A DNA stretch of 64,000 nt, from positions 1 through 64,000 of the IMG/VR virus record IMGVR_UViG_2890766748_000002. One strand, given 5' to 3'. How positions within the stretch are numbered: position 1 is the stretch's first letter; the number at the start of each line of letters is the position of its first letter. The DNA is from a virus. Taxonomy: Duplodnaviria > Caudoviricetes. The notes under the pieces are model-generated. The model ran no database searches, had not been told where the DNA came from, and saw only the letters and a program-made list of their open reading frames with translations. A program made the position numbers and the translations under genes. Shown here in pieces: positions 19,076 to 28,621 of this stretch.

Positions 19076-20398
19076 ATGACGGAAATTCGGAAGCTTTCCC
19101 GGAACGTGTACGTCCTGAAAACGCCCGGCGCGGGGGCGCTGGTTACGTTTGGCAACGCGGACACGGCCTATTCGCCCAACGCCAACAATACCCCCAACTC
19201 GGGCAGCCGGGGCGATCATGTGCAGTGGGGCGACAAAGACAAGCAATTGGCCACCATGCACCAACTGGCTTGTGAGTCGCCGAATAAATGGCGGCTCATA
19301 AAGACACGCCGGGATTTCGTCGTGGGCCGGGGCGTCTACACCCACATGGACGAAACCGCCGGGCCAGGTGCTCCGACGTATTATAAACCGGTGGTGTTTG
19401 ATGCGTTCGAACGCTGGCGACGGCTGGCCGATTGGGACCGCGCCTGGATCAAAATAGGTTTTCAGTACGGCTTTTCGGGCAACGTCTTTGTGAAGCTGGT
19501 GTTCGGAACGGACGGGAAAATTGAACGGATCGATGCCATTGACGCCTTCAAAATCCGGCCGCGCAAGCTGGCCAAAGGGGAAAGCCGAACCACGGCCTAT
19601 CTGGTGAATCCGAATCAGTTTGGCAGCAAGGCGTTTAAAAAAGACGATACTGAAACGGTTCCGGCCTTCGATCCGGCCCGCCCGGACAATTACCCGGTGT
19701 CGATTTTGCATCTGAAAGACGACATTCCGGGTCAGGATAATTTTGGGTTCCCGGAATGGTGGTCGACGGAAGAATGGTCGAAGGTGGCCAACAAGATTCC
19801 GAAGTTTCACGATGCGGGTTTAGACAACGGGTACAACATCAAATACCACATTTCGATCCCGGATGATTATTTTCTGGTGGACGGGTTGGACGAACAGGCC
19901 CAGGAACAGCGGAAAATTGATACCATCCGGCAGATGGGGGAAACGCTGTCGGGGTTTGAGAATACCGACAAAGCGTTGATAACGTTTCACAAAGTCGACA
20001 TGGGCGGGAAAGAGCTGGCCGGGGTCCGGATTACGCCCCTGGACAATAAAATGTCCGATGACGCCTACACCAAGCTGTTTAACACGGCCAACGTAGCCCA
20101 GGCGTCGGGCCACGGTGTGCTTCCGGCGCTGGCCGGGATCGATACCGGTACCAAGTTGGGCGGCTCGGGCAAGGAACTGGAAGCGGCCGCCAACTACCAG
20201 CAAAACTTCCTGACCTACGTCGACCGGTTTATTCTGCTGACACCCCTGCGGATTGCCCAGGCGGTTAACGGCTGGCCGTGGGAAATGCAATTTGACGTAC
20301 GCAACATCCAGCTTTACAACTACGACACCACACCCCAGGATTCGGGGGCGAATCCGGCTCAATCTGCTACCGAAACCGACGATCAACATGCTGATTAA
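19076..20398 (+). CDS. Portal protein
   Basis: 440 aa after TerL; WGDKD and HGVLPALAG...LGGSGKE motifs. Confidence 0.8.
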   Translation: MTEIRKLSRNVYVLKTPGAGALVTFGNADTAYSPNANNTPNSGSRGDHVQWGDKDKQLATMHQLACESPNKWRLIKTRRDFVVGRGVYTHMDETAGPGAPTYYKPVVFDAFERWRRLADWDRAWIKIGFQYGFSGNVFVKLVFGTDGKIERIDAIDAFKIRPRKLAKGESRTTAYLVNPNQFGSKAFKKDDTETVPAFDPARPDNYPVSILHLKDDIPGQDNFGFPEWWSTEEWSKVANKIPKFHDAGLDNGYNIKYHISIPDDYFLVDGLDEQAQEQRKIDTIRQMGETLSGFENTDKALITFHKVDMGGKELAGVRITPLDNKMSDDAYTKLFNTANVAQASGHGVLPALAGIDTGTKLGGSGKELEAAANYQQNFLTYVDRFILLTPLRIAQAVNGWPWEMQFDVRNIQLYNYDTTPQDSGANPAQSATETDDQHAD

Positions 20399-21371
20399 CG
20401 ACATTGCCGCCTTGAAAAGCCAGATTGGTGGGGTTCAGAAAACAATGAACTGGCCAACCTGGGAACCTTACGTCCGGGGGGCGGAAATCCGCCATATCAT
20501 TCCCGCCATCGGCGAAGAACTCTACGACGAGTTGACCGCTGTAGTGTCCCCATCGGCTGAACAAAAGAAGCTGTTGGACCGGCTGCGCCCAGCGGTGGCA
20601 TTTGCCGCTTATCTGGATGCGGTTCCGTACCTGGTGACGGCCACCGGTGACGTCGGAATTGTGATGAATACGCCATCCAACACGGCCAACATTTCCAAAT
20701 GGATGTACGTCACGCTGGTGAAAGATGCCCAGGCTAAAGCCGATTACTGGATTGAAACCGCCCTGCAATGGCTCGAACTTCATGCCGGGGCGTTCCCGAC
20801 CTGGACGGCTTCCGCGTCCTACACGATTAACCAGGGCCGGATCATCGCTTCCGCTACCGAATGGAGCCGGGCGTTTCCGGCCGGACGCGGAAGCCGTCGA
20901 TTGTTTCTGGCGGTTCGGAATTACCTGAACAATTCGGAGGTCGATTTCTTAAAACCGCTGTTGGGTCCGGCCCTGTATACCCATCTGTTAGAAAAGTTGT
21001 CGACGGCTCCGCTATCGCTGACGATGCCGGAAACCGAAGTGTTGCGCCTGAGCCGCCTGGCGGTAGCCCATCATGCCTTCGGGGAAGCCATTCCGTTCCT
21101 GAACATCAACGAAGACTTCCGGATTGTCTCGGAAACGGACGGGATTGTCAATGAAGACGCACTGGAAACCGGCCGGTTAAACGCCATCCTGCGCGATTGT
21201 CAGGACAAAGCTTCCGGGTACGCGGCCGATCTGGTCAAGTATCTGAACGCCAACGCGTCGGAGACGGTTTTGCACGACTACTTCATCTATGAACGTTATC
21301 AGCCGCCGGTGGCCGGTCAGCTATCGGGCGGATTTCCCAACGAACCTTCCAATCCCCACTTTGTCTTGTAA
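20388..21371 (+). CDS. Head-tail adaptor (DUF6712-like)
   Basis: Two internal repeats (IIPAIGEELY / LKPLLGPALY); follows the portal gene. Confidence 0.7.
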   Translation: MLINDIAALKSQIGGVQKTMNWPTWEPYVRGAEIRHIIPAIGEELYDELTAVVSPSAEQKKLLDRLRPAVAFAAYLDAVPYLVTATGDVGIVMNTPSNTANISKWMYVTLVKDAQAKADYWIETALQWLELHAGAFPTWTASASYTINQGRIIASATEWSRAFPAGRGSRRLFLAVRNYLNNSEVDFLKPLLGPALYTHLLEKLSTAPLSLTMPETEVLRLSRLAVAHHAFGEAIPFLNINEDFRIVSETDGIVNEDALETGRLNAILRDCQDKASGYAADLVKYLNANASETVLHDYFIYERYQPPVAGQLSGGFPNEPSNPHFVL

Positions 21372-21404
21372 TCACTTTTCACAAACGCTTCAACTTTCCA
21401 ACCG

Positions 21405-22181
21405 ATGGTTTCCAAATCCACCACAACGCAACCGGACGCAACGGTGAAACCGCTGCCGACCGCTGCTGACACCCTACAGGCCGAAAAAGACCAACTGGCA
21501 CAGGACATGCTAAAAATTCAGGCAAGGCAAGCCGACCTGATGCAGAAAGAAGAACTGGCCCGAGAGCAGCGCCGGAATGTGTTATTTGTCGAACTCGACA
21601 AGGCCCGCGAAGCCGCGGCCAATTTCAGGCGAGAAGCCCGGGCCACGGCCGATCCGGACGAAAAACGCAACCTGTATGAGTGGGCCGGTGAAGCCGACCG
21701 GGAGGTACAGCAACTGGAAGTCGAATTGGGCATTGCTGCCAAAGCCGATGCCGACGAACCGGCGACGGTGTTGCCGTGGATGCAGCGCAACAAGAAGGTG
21801 ATGGCGCTGCTTCAGGTGCTCGGGGTACTGGCGCTGATTCAGTTCTGCTACGGACAGTTCATGGCCTACAAAGACCAGATTGACGCCATCAACAAAACGT
21901 TGCCGTTCGATCAGCACTTGCAGCCCTACGACCTGACGAGCATTCAGAAATTCTTTTATGAACAGTTGGTTGTGTTTACGTCGCTGCCCATCGCCCTGGC
22001 GATCCTGTTTCTGGTGGTGCCCTTCGTCGGATTTTACGTCCTGCCATTTCTGAAGTCACGGAAGGATTTTTACAGTGAATTCTACGAAGATTTGACACCA
22101 TGGCAACGCACCGTTATTTCCACGGCCTTACTGTTGGGCTTGTTATTCTTTCTGGCCATTTCACACACGGTCAAACCGTAA
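21405..22181 (+). CDS. Coiled-coil protein with three TM helices (holin candidate)
   Basis: Three hydrophobic helices; upstream of the endolysin. Confidence 0.55.
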   Translation: MVSKSTTTQPDATVKPLPTAADTLQAEKDQLAQDMLKIQARQADLMQKEELAREQRRNVLFVELDKAREAAANFRREARATADPDEKRNLYEWAGEADREVQQLEVELGIAAKADADEPATVLPWMQRNKKVMALLQVLGVLALIQFCYGQFMAYKDQIDAINKTLPFDQHLQPYDLTSIQKFFYEQLVVFTSLPIALAILFLVVPFVGFYVLPFLKSRKDFYSEFYEDLTPWQRTVISTALLLGLLFFLAISHTVKP

Positions 22182-22744
22182 AACCGGCATCGGCCAAACC
22201 GCCGGTGGTGGCTCCGGATTTTGCGGACGAATGGGCACTCCGGCTGGCAATCCGGGACACGGCGGCTATGTATGTGGGTGTCAAGGAGCAGACCAACCGG
22301 AACGACCATCCGTTGATTACCAAGATCAACCGGGCATTCGGATTGCCAAAAAACGCCTATTACTGTGCGTCCGGTTTGGCCTACTGCTACAAGGTAAACT
22401 TCAAAACGAAGTTGCCCTTCAACGGAGCCGGATCGGTGGCGTCCTGGTTTGCCAACCGTCAGCGGTGGGTGTACCGACGCGGGGAACGCGGGAACCAGCG
22501 GACGGGCCGCAAACCGCAATTGATGGATGGGGTTAGCCTGTTTAGCTCGCACATTGAAGGGCTGGCGCAACTGCGGTGGGATGCCGACGCTGATTATATT
22601 GAAACCATCGGTTTCAACACAACCGCCGGAACCGGGCGTGGCGGTGTATATCGGGTTCGGCGACCCATGAAGGACGTGAAAGCCATCGTGAACCACATAA
22701 CGCCATATTGGGAATTAATCCACCAGGCCAAGGGAACACCATGA
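22100..22744 (+). CDS. CHAP/NlpC-P60-like endolysin with N-terminal signal-like segment
   Basis: YVGVKEQTNRND, YCASG (Cys), SSHIEG (His), GFNT. Confidence 0.7.
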   Translation: MATHRYFHGLTVGLVILSGHFTHGQTVKPASAKPPVVAPDFADEWALRLAIRDTAAMYVGVKEQTNRNDHPLITKINRAFGLPKNAYYCASGLAYCYKVNFKTKLPFNGAGSVASWFANRQRWVYRRGERGNQRTGRKPQLMDGVSLFSSHIEGLAQLRWDADADYIETIGFNTTAGTGRGGVYRVRRPMKDVKAIVNHITPYWELIHQAKGTP

Positions 22745-22890
22745 TCATTTTTCCGGATTGGGTTGAAACCGGGCTGACGTACCTGTACGATCGGATCATT
22801 CTGTTCGGTTCGGTGGCGATGTTGCTGGTTTGTTTTGTGTGCATGGTCCTTTTAAACTGGATACGTCCCGATGAAAACCGTAACGATTGA
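22741..22890 (+). CDS. Small single-TM protein
   Basis: ATGA overlap; hydrophobic helix. Confidence 0.5.
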   Translation: MIIFPDWVETGLTYLYDRIILFGSVAMLLVCFVCMVLLNWIRPDENRND

Positions 22891-23716
22891 AAAGAACCGC
22901 TATTCCGTTCCTGAGCGTTGGGAAGAATGTACGGAAGAACAGATTCAGCAGTTACTTCCGTTTCAATTGATCGATCTGAAAGAGCAGGAACCGGAATATC
23001 GGGGGCTACTGAAATCGCTGGCGCTGGAAGTACTGTTGCCGGTGGTGAAAACAATCCGGAACGTCCTGGACCATGAACCGCTTTGGCGGTTGGGCCAATT
23101 GACGCGCTGGATTTGGGAACAGCGGATCAGTCACAAACCCTTTGTGTCGTTTGAGTTTGAAGGCGTCAATTATCTGCTTCCGGATGACAACTACAGCAAT
23201 ACGACCTCCATTGAAATTGCGATGGCAAACATTCACTACATGGCGTATTCGCGGCCCAAAGACCCGGACCCGAATGCCCTGTTGCAACTGGTGGCGACAC
23301 TGTGCCGCCCGGCCCGCTCCGATCTGAAGCGCTGGCGGAAGTCGGCTGACTGGAACGGTGACGCCCGGGAAGAATACAACACCATTTTGGCCGACGAACG
23401 GGCTGACCGCATGAAGGGCTTAAGCCTGGGCGTGGTGATGGGCGTTCTTCAGTACTTCGAAGCCATGAACGCCCGGTTTATGGAGCTATACCCGGAAGTG
23501 TACGAAGCAGACCCGAACGCGCCGGATTTACCTCCCTTATACGCCAACGGGGAAGGGCTGGTGACTACCTTCATGGACATTGCCAAAACGGGCGTATTCG
23601 GCGATTTCGACAAGGTTTGCAAGCAAAACGGGCATACGGTTTGGCTGTTCATGCGGGACAACAATCTGAAGCTGGCACGGGCCAGACGGCTGGCGGAGAC
23701 TGAGGCAAATGACTAA
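22871..23716 (+). CDS. Phage protein, possible tail assembly chaperone
   Basis: PERWEEC...LVATLCRP...AKTGVFGDFDKV. Confidence 0.65.
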   Translation: MKTVTIEKNRYSVPERWEECTEEQIQQLLPFQLIDLKEQEPEYRGLLKSLALEVLLPVVKTIRNVLDHEPLWRLGQLTRWIWEQRISHKPFVSFEFEGVNYLLPDDNYSNTTSIEIAMANIHYMAYSRPKDPDPNALLQLVATLCRPARSDLKRWRKSADWNGDAREEYNTILADERADRMKGLSLGVVMGVLQYFEAMNARFMELYPEVYEADPNAPDLPPLYANGEGLVTTFMDIAKTGVFGDFDKVCKQNGHTVWLFMRDNNLKLARARRLAETEAND

Positions 23717-23820
23717 GGTAAATTTAAGTAAAAATAACTAATTTTTATTGAACAAATACTGCGTATTTTCTGTATGTATATTGATGGTTTTTTTATTCAC
23801 ATCTTATATAACTTACAATT

Positions 23821-24426
23821 ATGGCAGCACCAATTTATACTATTGAAAAAAGATTAAATGAATTTATGGAACAGGGGATTACGTTCGGCCCCTTAGATTT
23901 TACGATTACAGGAGTAATCAAAGCACACAATTCATATCCTGGTGCTTCTATCGGAACCTGGAACGGAGGAGAAGCTTATAATGGTGTGACATGTTTTATG
24001 CCACAGTTTGCGATTAAATTTTGGGATGGAGAAGGTACTATTGGTTATAAAGAAGGTATAGTACACGTTTTTTTGGAACTCATCCCAAACCAGGACACCA
24101 TCGGTCCGGAAGATTTACAAGCTACGTTTAACCAGCTACTCGAATCGCTTCCAAATGAAGGGGTTAATTATACACGGCACACCCCAAAAATGATAATTTC
24201 GGAGGAACAGGCTGAAAGAATAGTTAATGGGGAAGTTGATGACCTAGCTGGAGGAGCCATTGTTTTAGAACAAATGACATCTTTTTTTGAACAATGGTTA
24301 AGATATGGTTTCGAAGTACAAGTGATTGACGATCGGGGACAACGATTGGGGAATTTGTTATTAAAAAATAATAACCTGGTTTATTTGACAATTTTGGAAG
24401 CATATCAGCTATATATCTCAAAATAA
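23821..24426 (+). CDS. AT-rich moron, hypothetical
   Basis: GC drop, own AT-rich leader and terminator. Confidence 0.8.
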   Translation: MAAPIYTIEKRLNEFMEQGITFGPLDFTITGVIKAHNSYPGASIGTWNGGEAYNGVTCFMPQFAIKFWDGEGTIGYKEGIVHVFLELIPNQDTIGPEDLQATFNQLLESLPNEGVNYTRHTPKMIISEEQAERIVNGEVDDLAGGAIVLEQMTSFFEQWLRYGFEVQVIDDRGQRLGNLLLKNNNLVYLTILEAYQLYISK

Positions 24427-24435
24427 TATTTTAGA

Positions 24436-24467
24436 AAGCCCGGAGAATTCGAATTCCGGGCTTTTTT
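24436..24467 (+). terminator. Terminator closing the moron
   Basis: AAAGCCCGGA...TCCGGGCTTTTTT. Confidence 0.85.
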
Positions 24468-24469
24468 GT

Positions 24470-24504
24470 GTCCTGTTCATTGCAAATCTACTGGCTTACC
24501 TTCC
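24470..24504 (+). promoter_or_regulatory. Putative late promoter GTCCT-N22-TACCTTCC
   Basis: Motif and spacing; immediately after the terminator. Confidence 0.6.
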
Positions 24505-24522
24505 GATCAAAAAGAAGAAGCC

Positions 24523-24993
24523 ATGATGTTATCCGGTGATTTGCAAACCTTCATTCAGTACTTCCGGCAGTGGGCGACCGCTCACCCCGACGTTAAATTC
24601 TTCCTGTTCGGGTCGGTGGAAAAGGGAATGTCCTTTGCCCGGAGCCTGCCCGAATTCGACTATCCGTTTATCTGGCTGGAAGAACCGGTTATCGTGACGG
24701 TGGACAACGATGCGGCCCACGTTAATGACCGCTTCCGGGTCGGCATTTCGGCGCTGGCGCAAGCGCCCCTGGACGACAACGACGCCCAGATTGAAGCCTA
24801 CGCCCGGGGACCAAGCATCATGACCGACCTGCAACTGAAGCTTCGGCAGGACCGGCGCAAAGCCATTATTCATTGTGAACTGAACGGCCAGCGGAAAGAA
24901 CCGGTGTCGCAACTCTGGGCCGATGGCCACTTCGGTTTTCGGCTCGAATTTGAATTTGACATGAACATTAACGCCACCGTCTACCAACCATGA
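24523..24993 (+). CDS. Probable tail terminator/completion protein
   Basis: YPFIWLE...GFRLEF; position. Confidence 0.65.
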   Translation: MMLSGDLQTFIQYFRQWATAHPDVKFFLFGSVEKGMSFARSLPEFDYPFIWLEEPVIVTVDNDAAHVNDRFRVGISALAQAPLDDNDAQIEAYARGPSIMTDLQLKLRQDRRKAIIHCELNGQRKEPVSQLWADGHFGFRLEFEFDMNINATVYQP

Positions 24994-27017
24994 TTTATTT
25001 CCCGCTGAAGCTGGCGTTGAATCCCATCGTGATCAACATCGAAGCCGCCGACCCCTTGCTACCCGACCGGGCCGGGCTGCAATACTTTCTGAAAATCATG
25101 ATACCGGAATTCTTTCTTTCCAACAACTTCAAGGAACTGGTGACGCTCGAAGCCAGTGAGATTCCGCCCGAAGTGATGAGCCAGGGGACCATCTACCGGG
25201 GGGCGTATTTCGAACTGGAAGAACAGTTGGAAGGATTGTTGACCCGCACCGCCCCCGAGTTTGGGCAAACCGGGATTCGGGCGTGTGATGGGCTGGTGAG
25301 TCCGTTCTACCTGGAAGCCTGGATTGAAGACAATGGCGAATCCATATATATGAAGACGTTACCGGTCGATCATGTCATCAAAGCCGGGATCGACGAAATC
25401 AATTTTGCCGAGTATAAAGACCATTTCTTTACCAAATTTGTGGGGGAAGGCAAGCGGTTTTTGACCTGGGCAAGTAATGACAAACGGGTTCACGTCGACC
25501 AACCCGAGTTTCTGTACTGGCTGACGAACGGTTCGCCAATCCCGACGCAATTGAATTTGCGGTGTCGGGTGGAATTTGCCGATCAGACCAACGAGCTATT
25601 CACAGCGGCCAAGCTCGACACGGTTTCGGCCATGACAGTGTATTCGCTGGCGGTGGGGTATAAGGCCCTGGGATTGGAGGAAAAGGAAAATCAGGTGATT
25701 GGGTGGCGGGTCTGGCTGGAAGACCAGGCCGGAACCCGGCTGACGGAAATCCGGAGCTACTGGCTCGATCAGGATTACCGGCGGCAAGTGCGGTTTATTC
25801 TGTTCGCTAATAGCCTGGGCGGGTTCGATACGCTGTATCTGACGGGTAGGGGCGAAGAAAGCGTGAAGGTGGTCCGGTCGATTTCTGACCGTTACCCGGA
25901 TTACAGTTATTTGCCTTCCTACGCCGAAACCGTCATCAATGCCACAACCGGGGAACGCCAATTGACGGTATCGACGGGCTGGCTGACGAAAGAAAGCCGG
26001 GAGTACCTTCAGGAATTACTATTAAGCAAGGAAGTCTACTATGTATCCGAGCGGGCCTTTTTGCCGCTGATTCCGGCGTTTGACGAATTCCGGCCGCTGG
26101 TCGATGATGAAGATTTGATTGGGCGGCAACTCTCATTCCGGTTTACCAACCCCAAACGCAACTTTTCGCGGCTCCCCATCCTGACGGGCGTGACGCCCAG
26201 GGGTACGGCCTGGCGCCCAAAGGCCACATCCTGTTTACTCGACGGCAACGGCAAGCGGACGGGAAAAATGGCGGCTGCGTTGCTGGAAAAATACTACCTG
26301 GATGACGGCAGCCGGGTAGCCGAAGCGCCCATCAAACCGAACATTCCGGGTACGGAAGGCTACATCCCGCCAATGATTTCGCCTTTGTGTGCCGTCACGC
26401 CATACCTGAATACGGAAATCAGCCGTCAGGGAACGTTCACAAAGCAGGGATGCCCATCGGGTCAGGTGGGTGGAACGGCCCTGATTGTGATTCCGGCCGA
26501 AACCTACGGCAGCGAGATCAGCCAGGCCGACGCCCAGGCGAAGGCGGAAGCCGCCTGGCAAGCCCTGAACACGCAGGCATACGCCAACAGCAACGGCGCT
26601 TGTGAGATTTCGCCCGAACTGTATATGGTTTCGGTTCCGGCCGGTCATTTCCACTACCGGACGTCCGATCAGATGAGCGTTTCGATTCAGTACGGATCAC
26701 CCTCGGAAGCCAGCATGGGCAATGCGTGGTCGGTGCAGGGTGGGGGCGGCTCCTATGTATTTCCGCAATTCAGCAATGGGTTGAATTTTCCGGTTGCCGT
26801 GATGTACTATGATTTCTGGACACTCTGGATTTCGGGACCGAAAAACACCCAACGCCGGGTCAAGATTTACAACAATGGCGTGTTGAAGATCAATAAGGTG
26901 ATTACCCTAAACGGAGAAGGTACCGAACTGGTAAACGTATTTTGGCTCAATAACACCACGCCGGTGTTTGTTCCGGCCAGCGGTGACAAACTGTATATTT
27001 CCCTCGAAAACCTATGA
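24990..27017 (+). CDS. Tail/baseplate structural protein with a DUF5977-like domain
   Basis: FANSLGGFDT; GTFTKQGC...SEISQADAQAKA...YANSNGAC. Confidence 0.75.
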   Translation: MIYFPLKLALNPIVINIEAADPLLPDRAGLQYFLKIMIPEFFLSNNFKELVTLEASEIPPEVMSQGTIYRGAYFELEEQLEGLLTRTAPEFGQTGIRACDGLVSPFYLEAWIEDNGESIYMKTLPVDHVIKAGIDEINFAEYKDHFFTKFVGEGKRFLTWASNDKRVHVDQPEFLYWLTNGSPIPTQLNLRCRVEFADQTNELFTAAKLDTVSAMTVYSLAVGYKALGLEEKENQVIGWRVWLEDQAGTRLTEIRSYWLDQDYRRQVRFILFANSLGGFDTLYLTGRGEESVKVVRSISDRYPDYSYLPSYAETVINATTGERQLTVSTGWLTKESREYLQELLLSKEVYYVSERAFLPLIPAFDEFRPLVDDEDLIGRQLSFRFTNPKRNFSRLPILTGVTPRGTAWRPKATSCLLDGNGKRTGKMAAALLEKYYLDDGSRVAEAPIKPNIPGTEGYIPPMISPLCAVTPYLNTEISRQGTFTKQGCPSGQVGGTALIVIPAETYGSEISQADAQAKAEAAWQALNTQAYANSNGACEISPELYMVSVPAGHFHYRTSDQMSVSIQYGSPSEASMGNAWSVQGGGGSYVFPQFSNGLNFPVAVMYYDFWTLWISGPKNTQRRVKIYNNGVLKINKVITLNGEGTELVNVFWLNNTTPVFVPASGDKLYISLENL

Positions 27018-27532
27018 CAGACTTTTTTGAATCCTTCGAAGAAGACGCGGCCGAGATTGCCCGGGAAGGCATCGAAGCGTTTCGGCGGGCCATTGAACGC
27101 TACGGGCTGACGCTGACGGAAGACCTGAAACGGGACTTTCAATATCACGTCATCCGTTCGGCCACACAATTGATTTTAGAATTTGATTTCCGGCAATACG
27201 GCCGGTTTAAGGATATGGCCATGCTGCGGTATGCGTCGCACATGCCGCCGGTGGAAGCGATGGAATTCTTTGTCGATAAAGTGGGGCTGGATCAGTTCGC
27301 CTACGTCGATGGCTACAAGGGAAAGCAGGTTCCCACGGTGAAGAACGCAACGGCCCGGATTGCCTGGGCCATTGCAATGGGCCGAAGGCGGGTTCCGAGC
27401 GTCGCCCGGGGCTACCGGGGAACCTGGTATAACAGTACTAAGGTGGAGATTATCAATTCGGCTAAAAATCGAATCCATAAGAGAATTTCAGAGTTTAGCA
27501 TGGTATCATTAAAAAGCTCAATTAACTTTTGA
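27014..27532 (+). CDS. Neck/tail-completion-like protein
   Basis: TEDLKRDF...YGRFKD; PPVEAM; 3' end turns AT-rich. Confidence 0.6.
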   Translation: MTDFFESFEEDAAEIAREGIEAFRRAIERYGLTLTEDLKRDFQYHVIRSATQLILEFDFRQYGRFKDMAMLRYASHMPPVEAMEFFVDKVGLDQFAYVDGYKGKQVPTVKNATARIAWAIAMGRRRVPSVARGYRGTWYNSTKVEIINSAKNRIHKRISEFSMVSLKSSINF

Positions 27533-27679
27533 CAAAACGAAGTAAAAAGTAAATAATACTAGAGTTTATCCAGTGATAATGGAAAAAACATATGAGTAAC
27601 AAAATAACACCCAACGGAGGGCTGTCGCCTGTAAGGTAATTAATAGGAAATATAACTCTTTCCTTGGTCGAAGAAATTC

Positions 27680-27745
27680 AATATGATAAATGCTTTTTAA
27701 AAAATTGGAAAATTTTCCAATTTTTTAAAAAGCATTTATCATATT
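27680..27745. repeat. Perfect 66-bp palindrome (33-bp arms, no loop)
   Basis: AATATGATAAATGCTTTTTAAAAAATTGGAAAA|TTTTCCAATTTTTTAAAAAGCATTTATCATATT. Confidence 0.95.
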
Positions 27746-27841
27746 TATAAAGAAAATCATCATCTAAAATATTAATAATTCCAAGTAATTAAATATGTAT
27801 ATATTAATTTTATTTCATAATTAACTCTAAATTCTTGCAGT

Positions 27842-28621
27842 ATGAAAAATTTGATAACAAAATTCTCGTTCTTTATGATCTCATTTTTTTTGTTTGGTTG
27901 TCCTGATAAAAAAAATGATTTTACTGATAAGGTAGTTTTAATTGAAGGGACTAACCCGCCTGAGAAAATAAGTATTCAAGTTCCAAATGATTGTCAAAAA
28001 TTTGGAGACGGAGTAAAGGTATCCATTGACGCCTTAGTGAAATATAGTGAAAAGGAGTTAGGTTCTCTGAAGGGCAATTTTGAAAAGGCAAAAATTATTA
28101 GTGAATATGCTCAAAGGATTCAGACAATTTGTATAGCTCAGTGCAATTTAGTTAGAACGTCTACCGTGATAAGTACAAAAAAATCAGATTACGATTTGTA
28201 TTCAAAAATTGTGAGTGATTATACAGAATATCAAAAAATAAGAGACTTGATAACTAGCAATCCGACTGAAAGCCAAAAAAATAAAATAACCGATTCTATA
28301 CTTGAAGTCTACGAGGATCTTTATGATTCAAAAAAAGATGAGTTAATAGAAAATGCCGAAGCAGTTACATTTACTATAAACGCGTCTGTTGGACAAAACA
28401 TTACTTTATACATTGGCGATGAAATGATTGCAGGTACAGTACCTGATGCAAATGGGATCGCTACATTGACAATACCTCAGAAGTTTATGGTGCCGAAACC
28501 AAAAGAGGTAGTCAAAGTAAGAATCAAAATAACTTCTATTGGTTTTGCCGAAACAAACAAAACATTTTCACTTGGTGAAATCGTAAAGTCTTCTGTTGAT
28601 AAAACGCCTTTACAAATATGA
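27842..28621 (+). CDS. AT-rich putative lipoprotein
   Basis: Signal peptide with lipobox LFGC. Confidence 0.8.
   Translation: MKNLITKFSFFMISFFLFGCPDKKNDFTDKVVLIEGTNPPEKISIQVPNDCQKFGDGVKVSIDALVKYSEKELGSLKGNFEKAKIISEYAQRIQTICIAQCNLVRTSTVISTKKSDYDLYSKIVSDYTEYQKIRDLITSNPTESQKNKITDSILEVYEDLYDSKKDELIENAEAVTFTINASVGQNITLYIGDEMIAGTVPDANGIATLTIPQKFMVPKPKEVVKVRIKITSIGFAETNKTFSLGEIVKSSVDKTPLQI

Noticed and set aside
27680-27745. Linear plasmid-prophage telomere site
   Set aside because: No protelomerase is identifiable in the window and the element has an ordinary integrase; kept only as an unexplained palindrome.
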